Virus record (IMG/VR): IMGVR_UViG_3300037631_002085
Location: 1-35,471 of that record
DNA length: 35,471 nucleotides
Reading direction: 5' to 3' (one strand)
Origin: a virus
Lineage: Duplodnaviria > Caudoviricetes
The notes under the pieces were generated by a model. It worked only from the letters and a program-made list of their open reading frames with translations. It was not told the origin of the DNA and ran no database searches. The stretch's first letter is position 1. Each line of letters begins with the position of its first letter. The translations under genes were made by a program, and so were the position numbers. This document shows positions 26,801-35,117 of this stretch, piece after piece.

Positions 26801-27857
26801 CAATCCATGTGTTGCTTTCGACATAAGGTGTTTCCACGGGTGCAGGATATTCCCAAGCGTTATGCGTAGTTAAGCCAAGAGAAGAAAAATCAATTGATAC
26901 AGACGCAAGAACAGTTGTGTCGTCATAGTCGTCTGTTGATTTGTCATAGGTTGCAGTGGATTTGTAGCCCACTTTTAATTCATAACTGTCAAAAAACGCA
27001 TCCGAGATAGCGTGTGCGGCCATTCGCAAATGAAACATTTCACCAATGCCTCTCATACGCAATTCGCCTGTGTATGTAAGCAATCGTTCTGTTCCCGACG
27101 CATCCTGCGCATAAAACGACTGAATTAAAAACTGTTGGCGAGAAGGAGATTGAATGTTTTGCATAATTTTTCCCGGTGAGTAGTCGGTCGTGTCAAGCGG
27201 AGTTAAAGGTGCTTCTCCCGTGTAAATGCTGGCAAAGTTAATGTGCTTTTGCACAACACCCCACTGCGCAGAATCCTCTTGTAGTATGCGAACATGACTG
27301 CCGAGATTTTGCGTGTGGTTTGACGGAAAATAATCTTCATCTGCATTGGTGTATGGACTCATGCCGAAGGTATGGTCTATTTCACCAACAGGCGCATAAT
27401 ATACGCCAGCCGTGTCATGTCCGTTAAAAAACGAAAGATATGCGTCTGAGGAATCTCCATTTAATTTGTAGCGATTTGCGAGAAAAGAGGATGGGATTTG
27501 AAAACGAGTCCTTGATTCATAATTGCTTGCATCGGATAGCGCAAAATCAATTGTGAGCCATTCGTGCATCCCGTTGTTTTTGCGCAGAAGGTTAAGGTCG
27601 GTTGAATTAAACAAATCGTCGGTAATGTTTGGGTCGCTATATTCCCAATGCGTTGTGCGCAAACGGTCTGCGTATGTGAATCGGTATCGTGGGTTAAGCG
27701 TGGCTTCTGCGCCAAATACCGAACCATAGTGCGTTTTTGTGTGGTCGTGAATGCGCACATTCGCAACATTGAGGTCGTCTGCAACTGCGCGTGCGCTATG
27801 AAAGTCGTCATAATAGCCGCAAAGCCAAAAGGAATGTTTAAAATCGCTCGTTCTCAA
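20805..27857 (-). CDS. giant minor tail protein (hub/central fibre/receptor-binding), 2350 aa
   Basis: Directly downstream of the tape measure; beta-rich, Thr/Ser/Gly/Asp-rich; hub-like segments (WSGLIDSI...ITAKDSFSILD; ITNVRVFY; EALALAQAEYLREQQ..SVSAKI); Pro-rich linker near the C-terminus. Confidence 0.75.
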   Translation of the reverse strand: MRTSDFKHSFWLCGYYDDFHSARAVADDLNVANVRIHDHTKTHYGSVFGAEATLNPRYRFTYADRLRTTHWEYSDPNITDDLFNSTDLNLLRKNNGMHEWLTIDFALSDASNYESRTRFQIPSSFLANRYKLNGDSSDAYLSFFNGHDTAGVYYAPVGEIDHTFGMSPYTNADEDYFPSNHTQNLGSHVRILQEDSAQWGVVQKHINFASIYTGEAPLTPLDTTDYSPGKIMQNIQSPSRQQFLIQSFYAQDASGTERLLTYTGELRMRGIGEMFHLRMAAHAISDAFFDSYELKVGYKSTATYDKSTDDYDDTTVLASVSIDFSSLGLTTHNAWEYPAPVETPYVESNTWIDIFIAFDFTAGTWKAYADDNTVHFDSGSIGSVDRNTAVGWSLDGVWTSNGSEGAIVVDTLIDRAAVMFPLAWNIEGNEIPTINDAKMQSRVNSISTCAVTLMDSAHEYAFSALTTGTTAAEWRLLMFNDNENRPAWSGLIDSIAYKQESFSKKLTTTITAKDSFSILDRVLPTWETGQNAVFSLNEHISLVGTLEKRYFETKALENMFSMGATPLSYGNSELGFSSYDASGATKYLANPDSRTRLFSGSAIQMFNNENEYGPINTEDDWEGRNGDYVLLDVEGIRATSPTSNVVGVMLQWTDTTTAPVSGLTTFKGISVGDDIILKGTAYDGTLQVNDMKIHAHSFGSEYDINGLTYFIELYCASAGATPQTDYFKVGSIVRKSQNYTDPIDANNSDELLLITCTSNHGLNIGDQFQLFNFEEDLSTLANVEGYVFTVEHVESATEVFVAVPNTYDGGILESYIGTLDSILYAEPFTSINSHRTWSPPIVKPVVILDGEGFLTDEILQRVKHRNIHARWMRDLPLSPFFRAQFGVINASPLWRAGKESNLQHPLSAQFISAHGSTGYNSDGTVQGWTGLDATIDENSTTIVLEEAGMWWYWKTNNLEHGIIELLDIETNDMQYVIADDISNPQYSASVSWDGISEFQQKGSPTYALNKGDIVIHTGFYDVRLNGVFRVQTYSSGTKKYQANKITEFEPTTNEHAFMASRYLGESSWNYGTPRHYQDPDAIRFKEKRMPIDFDSTPAASTADGLMQFGQVTLSGVKGIRREWKQDHTIYTLRSVNESIGYKHLYVLWADMRNDGTADADGGLRKNEFGLILPTTQNYSVNMVVADQLDENGEPDIYTELKIGEDIDIWTFDAEIEPYSGADWCAQGGASNDEPLDTRYHNWDEKGGAFIIIDASRYFNLNTSATNGRSGYTSGGMVDFGDITLAIPATPTLIDNYWKNAAATYKNRDTTKIPKHPNGNYFLNEATLLTQDIVLGDTEIYVSDNAQFDTSGYGAIIAQVGEGRGAEDLIYYFAWTGKGVDASLGDKLTGVYITSYQNSSSYDPNTLEALISSEVSAGGSGSLAAINITDATGSGDFAKAYVYTTTAALFPLRVILNIQGLVVSKNQGTYYAHDKLRTIFNMITAETAQKNTALPCIYGLNGVPITDTMTTTQTAHAGNDTDSFGSVMNVKGQTVMSILNEMSDKAGNGAEGKTQTFTWGIHRDNMLSFRPRYDSGVSLTRNELTVSDMTSKMGTAITNVRVFYNGNSNFVDFPEPSGTGITRFRILQQPKVFTRDEALALAQAEYLREQQSSLSVSAKIFRKAGETNSMTTGKYGYLQDTFRRFYHYDKESNASWMNRWGGMPFSGTQNAFDTLAGVFDLPALGSRGSVAYALLDDNTPKSNGIEVRTSTSGENDSSPTTNIGSLVLTWDGVNQKAKWDSTGGGVSYGTEVNLSVGWNTISDLTNDLTIYLRSGFTGTSGTYGVTYAQPIPHKEGYHHYGTNSLANCVAVAHIDKTLPKTSALTSKELRVAITVDSGTSADDATFRVWLLDYDFYNTPLSSGPNHYPPTKAATLEGSSSMEISGSGLYRIDAPSTYGTGGVVVSVDVEYLRSLLRRMTTFSPNNAHNLTGDSTYSSFDTDSPFPLGHRKYAHYHSTTTTTAANNADRTAYYAPRISIVDDLAYIPATTVSYTDANIDLSAETMVISGVSWSQKERDVEEVTLNLERTEKDFTYALARVFKNNGGSNQPPRPEATPPAPGPQPITPGSGYGDVSKPQPVFPRQSVGGGTSQDFANKIPTNALTNGFTRTLKGRGSFSSDTLLSTGDFGILGAKKPAIAISADRDIDGIESSPAPVEGSAIMTADGFVLAGINDPEVGAQGETHKHSTNVRVPNDVSTGFINVDAIITLESITGGGSAVITTTVSCKETGASVAQTTTIAQGADRSNITILNNRFLDGAGTPGNTINIEVSRKPAQGSDTAGYQSLTVHTLSLRLRRNSVAGQAQSLNFSAF

Positions 27858-30800
27858 GACAAAACACCTGTGTTCTCTAACTCGGCCAAAACGCCCTTAC
27901 TTACTTCTTCCACCATTTCAGGCAAAGTCATGCCGTTAAAGACATTCGTTTGCACGATTTCGGTTTTGTATAGAAGATTTTCGACACCACCTTGCGTTAT
28001 TTGCTTCATAAGCGCACCTGTGAACCCTGCTTTATTTGCGCCGAAAAACAATTCTTCACGGGCATTTGCGAAAGCATAAGCATCACCAAGCAAAATTTCT
28101 TGTGCGCCCTGTTCGCCAGCAATAACATCGGCGTTTTTCTTTTCCATGTTGGTGATAAAAGCATTGACATAATCCAATTCGTGCGCAAGTGCTTCTTGGT
28201 TGTATTTTTCTTGGAGTTTATTCCGAGCCGTAAGTGCTTCTTCTTCCGTATCATAAACCTTCCTGTGCATATTGCCGTAAATGTCAGTGTATTCAACCGC
28301 ATAGGCTTTTGTTTGCAGTCCCAATATTCGTGCATTTTCGTTTCTATATGAAAGCGATTCTGTGATAGTAATATCTGCTTCATAGTCATTTGCGAGCGCA
28401 TCAGTCAAAGCCGCCTGTCGCTCATAGGAACGAGCCAAAGCATCAACATTTGTGATTGCATCTTGAACGGCTTTTCGGTCTGCAAGCAATTGGTTGTAGT
28501 GGCTTGTTCCTTTTTCCGCAACCGAGAGCGCAGAATCCAAATCATCATATTCCATGCGCAAATCCGAAAGCGCATCTGTCATAGCGGGAAGCCCTTCTTG
28601 CGATAATTCTCGATAGGTCTTATCAACAACGCCGCCGTAAATATCTTCTGTGCGCTCTCCAAGCGTTGCGAGAATGTCGTTTGCACCAATAATTCCAGCG
28701 TTAAACTCTTCGACATTCCCAAGAGCGTTCTTCATAAATCCGTCGCCTGCAAAAGCCTTTACGCCCATGTATGCGGCAAATGTGATAAGTGCGGCGGCAG
28801 CGATATTTAAACCGCCTGTCATAACCGTAGCGGCAACACCATTTGCTTTCATTTGTGCGCCAAGTGCGCTCATCGCAGGAATAGCCATTGTAAAAGCAGT
28901 GATAGCAACAGAAGCCATGATTGCTTCCATTTGATGTTCCGAATCCACAATAAACGGCAGAATCATTGAAATAGGCATAAGCGCACTGTTTATCGCTTTT
29001 AAAGAAAATGCCGCTTTCATATTTGTTGCAGTTAATTTTATGCGTGTTCCAATACTGATGCGTTCTGCGCCATCTGCGCTTAAAACGGATGCGGCATATT
29101 GTCTGTTTGCTTGCTCGGCCTGTTTGCTCGCCAGCAAACCTGTGCGCAAAGTGGCGTTGCGTTGTTGTAGCGTTGTATTATTTGCTTGTAGTGCGGCTCG
29201 TTCTTCCGTAATTTCAGCCGTAAATTCGCTTTCTGCATCCGAAAGAAGAAGCGTTGTGTTAATGGCGTTAATGCGTGTTTGATTTGTTGTCATTGTCGCA
29301 TTATTGCGCACAATTTCATTATTGATGCCTTGCTTTTCAACAGCAGTCAATGGTCGGGAAAGCGTCAAAGTCGAATTAAGAAGTGCGACTTCGCGAGCCA
29401 TTGTGTCATTTAATGTTGTTTGCGCTTTATTGCGCTCAACAATTCCAGCCGTTCCCTGCGCATTAAAAATGTTGGTTTGCAGAATAGCATTTCTTTCTTC
29501 GACTGAAAGAGCCATGTATTGTCCAATTTTCACATTTATCATTGAGCGTTTTGCATCAACATCAAGAAGTGTTGCTCGGTGTTGTTGATACATATTTTCA
29601 AGAGTAAGTAATGCGCCTGATTCAACATTCATCATTCCTGATGCGGCAAGGGAGGTATCAACAAAAATCATTTTGGTTTTGCCCATAGCACCGTGCATAG
29701 CAGTGGTTGCGGCGTTCACCATATTTATTTTGAAACTGGTTTCGGTCATTTCATCATTGAGAATGCTTTGAACCATGCGCATTTCAACTACACGGTCGTT
29801 GTAATTATTTGCCGATAAAGCCGCCCTATCCATGTTAATAACACTGTTAATGCTAAACTCGTTTGTAGCCGCACTTAAAAATTGCATCTCTTGACGAGTC
29901 CTACGGTAGCCTTGAGCCTGCGCAAAAAATTCTGGGTTTGAAGCGGCAATAACTGCTTGAAGTGTTTTGAATGCAATAACCATGTTAAGGGCTTGCATAC
30001 CCACATTTGTCATTGGTGCAATAATTTGTTGATAGACCGACGACAATTGAATGAAGTTTTTGACAACATCTTCTCCAATTCCAAAATCAGTTATTTTATC
30101 CATTCCACGCAAAAACGCCTCTTGAGCAAGCGCACCCGTCATATACGCATCGGCCAATTTATCACCGATTTCAACTTGCAGGTTTTTGACGATGGCTTCT
30201 TGTTGTTGTTGTTTGAAAAACAAACTGTCGGCTTTGTTTTCAAACTCTTCAATAGCGCCGAATTGACCCCGATAAGCGGCGGTCTGCAATTCAAGCAACC
30301 GTGGCTGGTTTTCCATCAATTTGAGAAACTTGACATAGTGGCGGGAACCGGCGATAGAAACGGCAAGGTTTCGCTTTTGTTCACCTGTCATATTGGCGTA
30401 GTCGTCGCCAATTGCGCCGATAATTTCCGAAAGTTTCATCTGCGTGATAACGGAGGAATCAACACCGCCCATCAATTCTTGAAGTGCTTTGACGGCATCA
30501 CTGTTTTCGTTTCCGATGCGCTGATAAATCATACGCAAACCTGTTCCCGCACGACTTACTTCTTCACCTGTTTCAAGCAACAGTGCCGACATAGCGGCCA
30601 TATCACCGATGCTTTCACCTGCAATATCTGCTTGGCTGGCGAATTGGTTCAGGACAAAGGTTATGTCCTCCATAATAGCCACCGATGAGTTTTCAACGGT
30701 GTTCAATTGGTCGAGAACACGAATGCTATTTCCACGCACAATGTTTGCCTGTTGCTCGGCATCTAATGCGTCGTATTGAGCCTTTGTCAATCCACCATAC

Positions 30801-31288
30801 ATAAATTGAGTTTGTTGCGCAAGAGCAATAAAGCGGTTCATACCCATTTCAGTTTCCATTTCACCGACTTGTGCCATTAGCAAACCGCCACGGGTTGCTT
30901 CAATAATGGCTTCTTGGGATTCAAGGACACCCTTTAACTGCGCAGTCCGTGCGCTTGCGGCAAGTGCTTGGTCGCCGGAAAATCCAAATGCTTCACCAAG
31001 TCCAATTGACGCATTAGCAAATCGCTCGACTTCTTCTGTCGCACCCGAATAAAATTTGCGCACACGAATTAACTGTTCCTCATGCTCAAAAAACGCATCC
31101 ACGACGACCTGTGTGGACTGCAAAATGAATTGGGACATTTCATCAAAGGCTTCACTAATCCCGCCGATAGCGTCAAGCAAAATAGCCTGTTGAGCCGTTG
31201 TAGCAGCCTCGGTATCACCGAGAAGAGACTGTGCTTGAAAAGTCCCTACAATGTCGAAAAAGACTCTTGCCGCACCGACTCTTGCCAT
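27854..31288 (-). CDS. tail tape measure protein
   Basis: 1144 aa, Ala/Gln-rich and helical; TP901-like core (LNQFASQADIAGESIGDMAAMSALL..GEEVSRAGTGLRMIY); follows the tail chaperone pair. Confidence 0.88.
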   Translation of the reverse strand: MARVGAARVFFDIVGTFQAQSLLGDTEAATTAQQAILLDAIGGISEAFDEMSQFILQSTQVVVDAFFEHEEQLIRVRKFYSGATEEVERFANASIGLGEAFGFSGDQALAASARTAQLKGVLESQEAIIEATRGGLLMAQVGEMETEMGMNRFIALAQQTQFMYGGLTKAQYDALDAEQQANIVRGNSIRVLDQLNTVENSSVAIMEDITFVLNQFASQADIAGESIGDMAAMSALLLETGEEVSRAGTGLRMIYQRIGNENSDAVKALQELMGGVDSSVITQMKLSEIIGAIGDDYANMTGEQKRNLAVSIAGSRHYVKFLKLMENQPRLLELQTAAYRGQFGAIEEFENKADSLFFKQQQQEAIVKNLQVEIGDKLADAYMTGALAQEAFLRGMDKITDFGIGEDVVKNFIQLSSVYQQIIAPMTNVGMQALNMVIAFKTLQAVIAASNPEFFAQAQGYRRTRQEMQFLSAATNEFSINSVINMDRAALSANNYNDRVVEMRMVQSILNDEMTETSFKINMVNAATTAMHGAMGKTKMIFVDTSLAASGMMNVESGALLTLENMYQQHRATLLDVDAKRSMINVKIGQYMALSVEERNAILQTNIFNAQGTAGIVERNKAQTTLNDTMAREVALLNSTLTLSRPLTAVEKQGINNEIVRNNATMTTNQTRINAINTTLLLSDAESEFTAEITEERAALQANNTTLQQRNATLRTGLLASKQAEQANRQYAASVLSADGAERISIGTRIKLTATNMKAAFSLKAINSALMPISMILPFIVDSEHQMEAIMASVAITAFTMAIPAMSALGAQMKANGVAATVMTGGLNIAAAALITFAAYMGVKAFAGDGFMKNALGNVEEFNAGIIGANDILATLGERTEDIYGGVVDKTYRELSQEGLPAMTDALSDLRMEYDDLDSALSVAEKGTSHYNQLLADRKAVQDAITNVDALARSYERQAALTDALANDYEADITITESLSYRNENARILGLQTKAYAVEYTDIYGNMHRKVYDTEEEALTARNKLQEKYNQEALAHELDYVNAFITNMEKKNADVIAGEQGAQEILLGDAYAFANAREELFFGANKAGFTGALMKQITQGGVENLLYKTEIVQTNVFNGMTLPEMVEEVSKGVLAELENTGVLS

Positions 31289-31290
31289 TT

Positions 31291-31572
31291 TTATTCACCG
31301 CTCGCCCATTGTTCCATGAAGTTTCCCATGTCCTTTTGTGATATGCGCTCGCTTCTCTTTTGATTTCTTCGTGCGACTGCTCGGTTTGCGTCTATTTTGC
31401 TATTTGCTTCGTCGTGTTGTTCTTTGATTCTGTCGGATATTTCAGCCGCAACTATCATGTCAAATTGAAGCATCTCATACCCCATTTCATCATCATATCG
31501 TTTAAATAAGTCGCTTGGCAGTGTTCCTTTAAATGCTGAACATAATGTTGGTGCTACACGCCCAACTAACCC
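31291..31572 (-). CDS. tail assembly chaperone T segment (-1 frameshift extension)
   Basis: The -1 frame is open from the slippery site (..GLVGRVAPTLCSAFKGTLPSDLFKRYDDEMGYEML..) to the stop at 31291. Confidence 0.7.
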   Translation of the reverse strand, partial: GLVGRVAPTLCSAFKGTLPSDLFKRYDDEMGYEMLQFDMIVAAEISDRIKEQHDEANSKIDANRAVARRNQKRSERISQKDMGNFMEQWASGE

Positions 31573-31913
31573 AAAGGGACTGCGCCCTCCAAAGTATCGC
31601 CACGAACAAAGCGCAGAATATCCATCAATTCAAGGCTTGTTAGGGTGTTGATGTCAAAGTCCTCGGTCAAAATGCAATTAGGAATCCATGCTTGGATTTG
31701 TGCCTCAATTCCAGCGCCGGATTCGTCCATAGCCACTGCAAACTCTTCGTGTTGTTCGGGAGTCCATTCGGTCGGGTCAAGACCAAAGTGGCGGAATTGT
31801 CGAGCAACCCGTTGTTGAATGTTTTCAATTTTCAATTTGTCAAGACCTGATGCTTGACGAACCCAAATCATGTTTCCGTTGTCTAATTCAATTTCTTTCT
31901 TCAATACAGGCAT
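31566..31913 (-). CDS. tail assembly chaperone (lambda gpG-like)
   Basis: 115 aa from ATG 31913 (or GTG 31922); acidic; between tail tube and tape measure; ends in a slippery site. Confidence 0.75.
   Translation of the reverse strand: MPVLKKEIELDNGNMIWVRQASGLDKLKIENIQQRVARQFRHFGLDPTEWTPEQHEEFAVAMDESGAGIEAQIQAWIPNCILTEDFDINTLTSLELMDILRFVRGDTLEGAVPLG
31569..31578 (-). other. programmed -1 ribosomal frameshift site CCCTTTGGGT
   Basis: Two overlapping in-frame X XXY YYZ heptamers (C CCT TTG, T TTG GGT) immediately before the TAG of the G-like gene. Confidence 0.7.
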
Positions 31914-31983
31914 TGTATTCACTTTCCTTTTCTTCTATGCTATCCAATGAGCGACTGCTTTTGCTCATCATGGACTATTCACC

Positions 31984-32181
31984 TCAAGGTGCGGCTGGTG
32001 CTTCTTCATAAGTGATGAAGGCAGTGTAGTTATTTCCGACTGCCCTGCGAACCACTGAAATATCAATAACTTCACTGTTTGCATTAAGACCTTGAATGAC
32101 TCCTTCAATAAGAGCGCCAATAGCCAAATGCGTTCCATGAACGGTTGTTGTTGCGACTGCGGAAGGGTCTGTGATAGGCAC
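31984..32181 (-). CDS. small hypothetical virion-module protein (65 aa)
   Basis: GAGGTGGG SD before the GTG start; co-directional with the tail genes. Confidence 0.55.
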   Translation of the reverse strand: MPITDPSAVATTTVHGTHLAIGALIEGVIQGLNANSEVIDISVVRRAVGNNYTAFITYEEAPAAP

Positions 32182-32191
32182 TTAACCCACC

Positions 32192-33259
32192 TCAAACTGC
32201 ATCATAATCGTTAATGCCTGTTCCCTTAGCAGTGATTTCAACCATTCCATCACGACCGGCTGAATCATCTTCCCATAGTGCGTGAAAATTAACGGTCATT
32301 GTTTGCGAATCACGGCCTGAAACCGAGGTTTCGGGCATTTCATAAATAACTCTTCCAAAGTCAAAGCGAATGTAATTATCTGCATCCACACGGAACAAGG
32401 CTGAAAGTGCGGGAACATCAGCACCGCTTGGGTCAAACAAGGCTTCACCGCCCGAAGCGGTTGCGGCTCGCAATTCATCAAAATAAGGCGCACCACTTGC
32501 ACTGTCGGTTGAGTCCAATGCTTTGTGGAAAGTGATTGAACCGCTTACTTCTCGAAGGGTGATAGGTGGCTTGCGCACACAAGTTTCACTACCGAGACTA
32601 TATGCGTTATCCATATCACGGTTCGTTTTGATTTCAAAGTCAATACTTTGAACCATGTTTGAAAACACACTGTTGGTCGCAACGGCTTCAAAATTAACAA
32701 AAGCGCCAGCAAAGTGTGCGGCATCGCCCGTGTAGTCAGGAACATAAGTTGTTTCAAGCGTTCCTTCTGCATCTTCTTGTTCTGCGCCAACGGTGTTCAC
32801 AGTAAGCATAGCATATTCACCAATGCTTGCAGAAACGGCGATGCTTTCAACAACTTGGCCGGGGAAAATGTGTTCATAGTCGTCTCGACCAACACGAATT
32901 GTATAAGAAGGCAATTCAGTGTTTGCCGTCAATGGGACTTCGGTGAATCGTCGCTCGTCGGTGGCTGGTGTTGAACCACTGTCCGTTGAAGGTGTATCAA
33001 CGCCCATGATACCGTGTAGTGCGCACAAAACGAAGGAGTCGGGTTGTAGTGCGCAGGTAAAAGAGCCTTCTGCGATTTTTTTGCTCACAATGGCTTTTCG
33101 TGCGCCATAATAGTTAATGTCGTTGCGCTTTAGCACATCATAGGATTGCTGATATGATTCGCTTTCCACTTCGCCAACGAATAAATTGACTTCGGTGCTT
33201 GAATCGTTGTATGTGGTTTCCTTAGCCATTGTCAAATAACGCAACTGGTGGCTCGTCAT
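32192..33259 (-). CDS. major tail tube protein
   Basis: 355 aa; YLTMAKETTYN; LPSYTIRVGRD...FPGQVVESIAVS; REVSGSITF; beta-rich and acidic; canonical position. Confidence 0.8.
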   Translation of the reverse strand: MTSHQLRYLTMAKETTYNDSSTEVNLFVGEVESESYQQSYDVLKRNDINYYGARKAIVSKKIAEGSFTCALQPDSFVLCALHGIMGVDTPSTDSGSTPATDERRFTEVPLTANTELPSYTIRVGRDDYEHIFPGQVVESIAVSASIGEYAMLTVNTVGAEQEDAEGTLETTYVPDYTGDAAHFAGAFVNFEAVATNSVFSNMVQSIDFEIKTNRDMDNAYSLGSETCVRKPPITLREVSGSITFHKALDSTDSASGAPYFDELRAATASGGEALFDPSGADVPALSALFRVDADNYIRFDFGRVIYEMPETSVSGRDSQTMTVNFHALWEDDSAGRDGMVEITAKGTGINDYDAV

Positions 33260-33279
33260 ACCCTAAAGAGGGTGGGTTT

Positions 33280-33294
33280 GCTTTATGAAGGTTA
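33280..33294 (-). promoter_or_regulatory. putative late promoter (TAACCTTCATAAAGC)
   Basis: TTCATAAA starts 30 nt upstream of the tail tube ATG (33259), which has no obvious SD. Confidence 0.4.
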
Positions 33295-33311
33295 TGCTTA
33301 AAAACATTATA

Positions 33312-34406
33312 TCATGCTTCACGATAGAACATTCGGATTTTCTTCATATATTCAAGGGAAAGCGTGTGGATGCAAACGATTTCATCATCGTCCACTTTTG
33401 TATCAAAGGTTGTTGTGTAGCCAAGCAGACTATCCACGCCATCGTCTAATCCTGTATTTACATACAATTCATCAAAGACTTCGCCAAGAATTGAAGCCGC
33501 AAGACGATAAGCGTTTTCATAATTGGTTCCTTTTGCAGAAACAAAAATAACAACATCATATCGCTGGTCGGTTCGTGTTCCTGATAGAGTCAAGAACTCC
33601 GGGGAGTCTGCTTTTTGAATCATCACATGGACTGATGGTGATTGATAGCGGTTTAACATTGAGTCGCTTGACAAATCATACGCATAGTTAATGCCTGCAT
33701 TTCCAACATGAGTTTTAAGAAACAAACGATTGCTATTGCGCAAAACATCACGAACCTTCATACCTGTGCGCAAAAGGCTATGTGAAATAAAGTCGGACAT
33801 ATCCATTTCATCGGGGGAATAAGCACCATGAGGCGTAAAATAGACACTGTAAAAGTCCACGGTTCCCGAAGAAGTCCCGAAGAAAGCGCCCTGCGCAGAA
33901 GTGCTTTGCGCAGAAACCTCAAGGTAGTGTTGTTGTGCATCATCGTCCTCAATTATTTCAGCCATATACAAACGAGCAGTGCCGTCATTGGCGAGAGTCA
34001 AGCGCAAAATAATGGGAACGGCAGTGTCCTCTCCCATTTTAAAATCAAGGTTTGGACTTTCAACGGAAGTGCTTCCAACCAATTTCACTTGATGAATGTC
34101 AATGATTTGAACCTCAACCCGATAAGTGCCGTTGTCGAGAGCCATTATCACTTCATCGGTGTCGGGCGCAGACTCTTGATGGATTGCGCAGATGAGAGTC
34201 AAGTCGTTATCATCGTCGGCAACGGTCTGTTTCCACAATTGACCTCCGCTTGACGAAGTTATTTGCCAATAGCCATTTTGTGAAACGCCATCGCCAGCAT
34301 CGCCGCTATCAAGCGACCATGCAGTGTTGTTCATCCCAACGGGAGAAGCAGGGTCTTGACCGTTAAGCCGTGCAGTCCAAAAGTCTGTTTGTCGTGATAC
34401 TGTCAT
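33312..34406 (-). CDS. tail terminator/completion protein with N-terminal beta-sandwich extension
   Basis: C-terminal ~150 aa has a terminator-like pattern (PSVHVM...RYDVVIFVS...AYRLAASILGEV...HTLSLEY); N-terminal ~200 aa is beta-rich; lies just upstream of the tail tube. Confidence 0.55.
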   Translation of the reverse strand: MTVSRQTDFWTARLNGQDPASPVGMNNTAWSLDSGDAGDGVSQNGYWQITSSSGGQLWKQTVADDDNDLTLICAIHQESAPDTDEVIMALDNGTYRVEVQIIDIHQVKLVGSTSVESPNLDFKMGEDTAVPIILRLTLANDGTARLYMAEIIEDDDAQQHYLEVSAQSTSAQGAFFGTSSGTVDFYSVYFTPHGAYSPDEMDMSDFISHSLLRTGMKVRDVLRNSNRLFLKTHVGNAGINYAYDLSSDSMLNRYQSPSVHVMIQKADSPEFLTLSGTRTDQRYDVVIFVSAKGTNYENAYRLAASILGEVFDELYVNTGLDDGVDSLLGYTTTFDTKVDDDEIVCIHTLSLEYMKKIRMFYREA

Positions 34407-34407
34407 A

Positions 34408-35115
34408 TTAACCACCTCTTGCGGCCATAACCCCTCGGCCTTTTACCTTAGACGAAAGTTTAGATTTGGTCGGGACTTCTGCAAATCCTCCTTCGCGAGC
34501 CATTTGCTTAATCATAATTGGTGCAATTTCCTCAAATTGTTTCTTTGACATTTGCTCAACAGTCCCGATGTAGTCAAATGTGCGATAAAACCCCGGATGA
34601 GAACCACGCATTCGCATCCAAAAAGAAACGCCGCCCGGTTGCCCCGTAGCCGCATAAAAGCCTGTGCTTGAACGAACAGTTGAGGGAAGGTTGCCGTATT
34701 TAAACGGGTCAATACCCTTTGCTACAATGTGCGCAAGACGACCGCCTCTCTGACCAAGAACACCCACACTTGCTTCGTTAAGACTGTTTCCGGTGTGAAC
34801 CGTATAGTGCTTGCTACGAACACGCTCATTTTTCAATGCGTCTGCAACCTTAACATGAATGTTTTTGGATTGTTTAAAATTTCTTGTGGGGGCATAAAGT
34901 GTTGTTTGTGGGACTTTTACGCCAGCAAGATTTCTCGCCATCATTTTTAGTCTTGATTTAGCCGCTTCCACTTGCTCGTCAATAACCTGTTTCATCAAAC
35001 CGTCAAGACGCTTTCCACCTTCCCGACCAAGAAAGGCTAATGCACGACGCAGACCCGAATCATCGGTTGTCATTTTAAACTCAACCGTCGAACCTCGTCG
35101 TGTGTGGGTTTGCAT
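34408..35115 (-). CDS. basic neck/tail-completion protein (HK97 gp10-like position)
   Basis: 235 aa, Lys/Arg/Gly-rich; HPGF motif; lies between adaptor and terminator. Confidence 0.5.
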   Translation of the reverse strand: MQTHTRRGSTVEFKMTTDDSGLRRALAFLGREGGKRLDGLMKQVIDEQVEAAKSRLKMMARNLAGVKVPQTTLYAPTRNFKQSKNIHVKVADALKNERVRSKHYTVHTGNSLNEASVGVLGQRGGRLAHIVAKGIDPFKYGNLPSTVRSSTGFYAATGQPGGVSFWMRMRGSHPGFYRTFDYIGTVEQMSKKQFEEIAPIMIKQMAREGGFAEVPTKSKLSSKVKGRGVMAARGG

Positions 35116-35117
35116 TT

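Noticed and set aside
31947-31968. Short hairpin ATGAGCGA-CTGCTT-TTGCTCAT and an overlapping 27-aa - strand ORF
   Set aside because: Only an 8-bp stem; similarity to the start of the 20728 stem may be chance; not enough support for a call.
21028-34950. + strand ORFs in the tail module (e.g. 26239..26826, 29957..30688)
   Set aside because: Antisense shadows of long structural genes.
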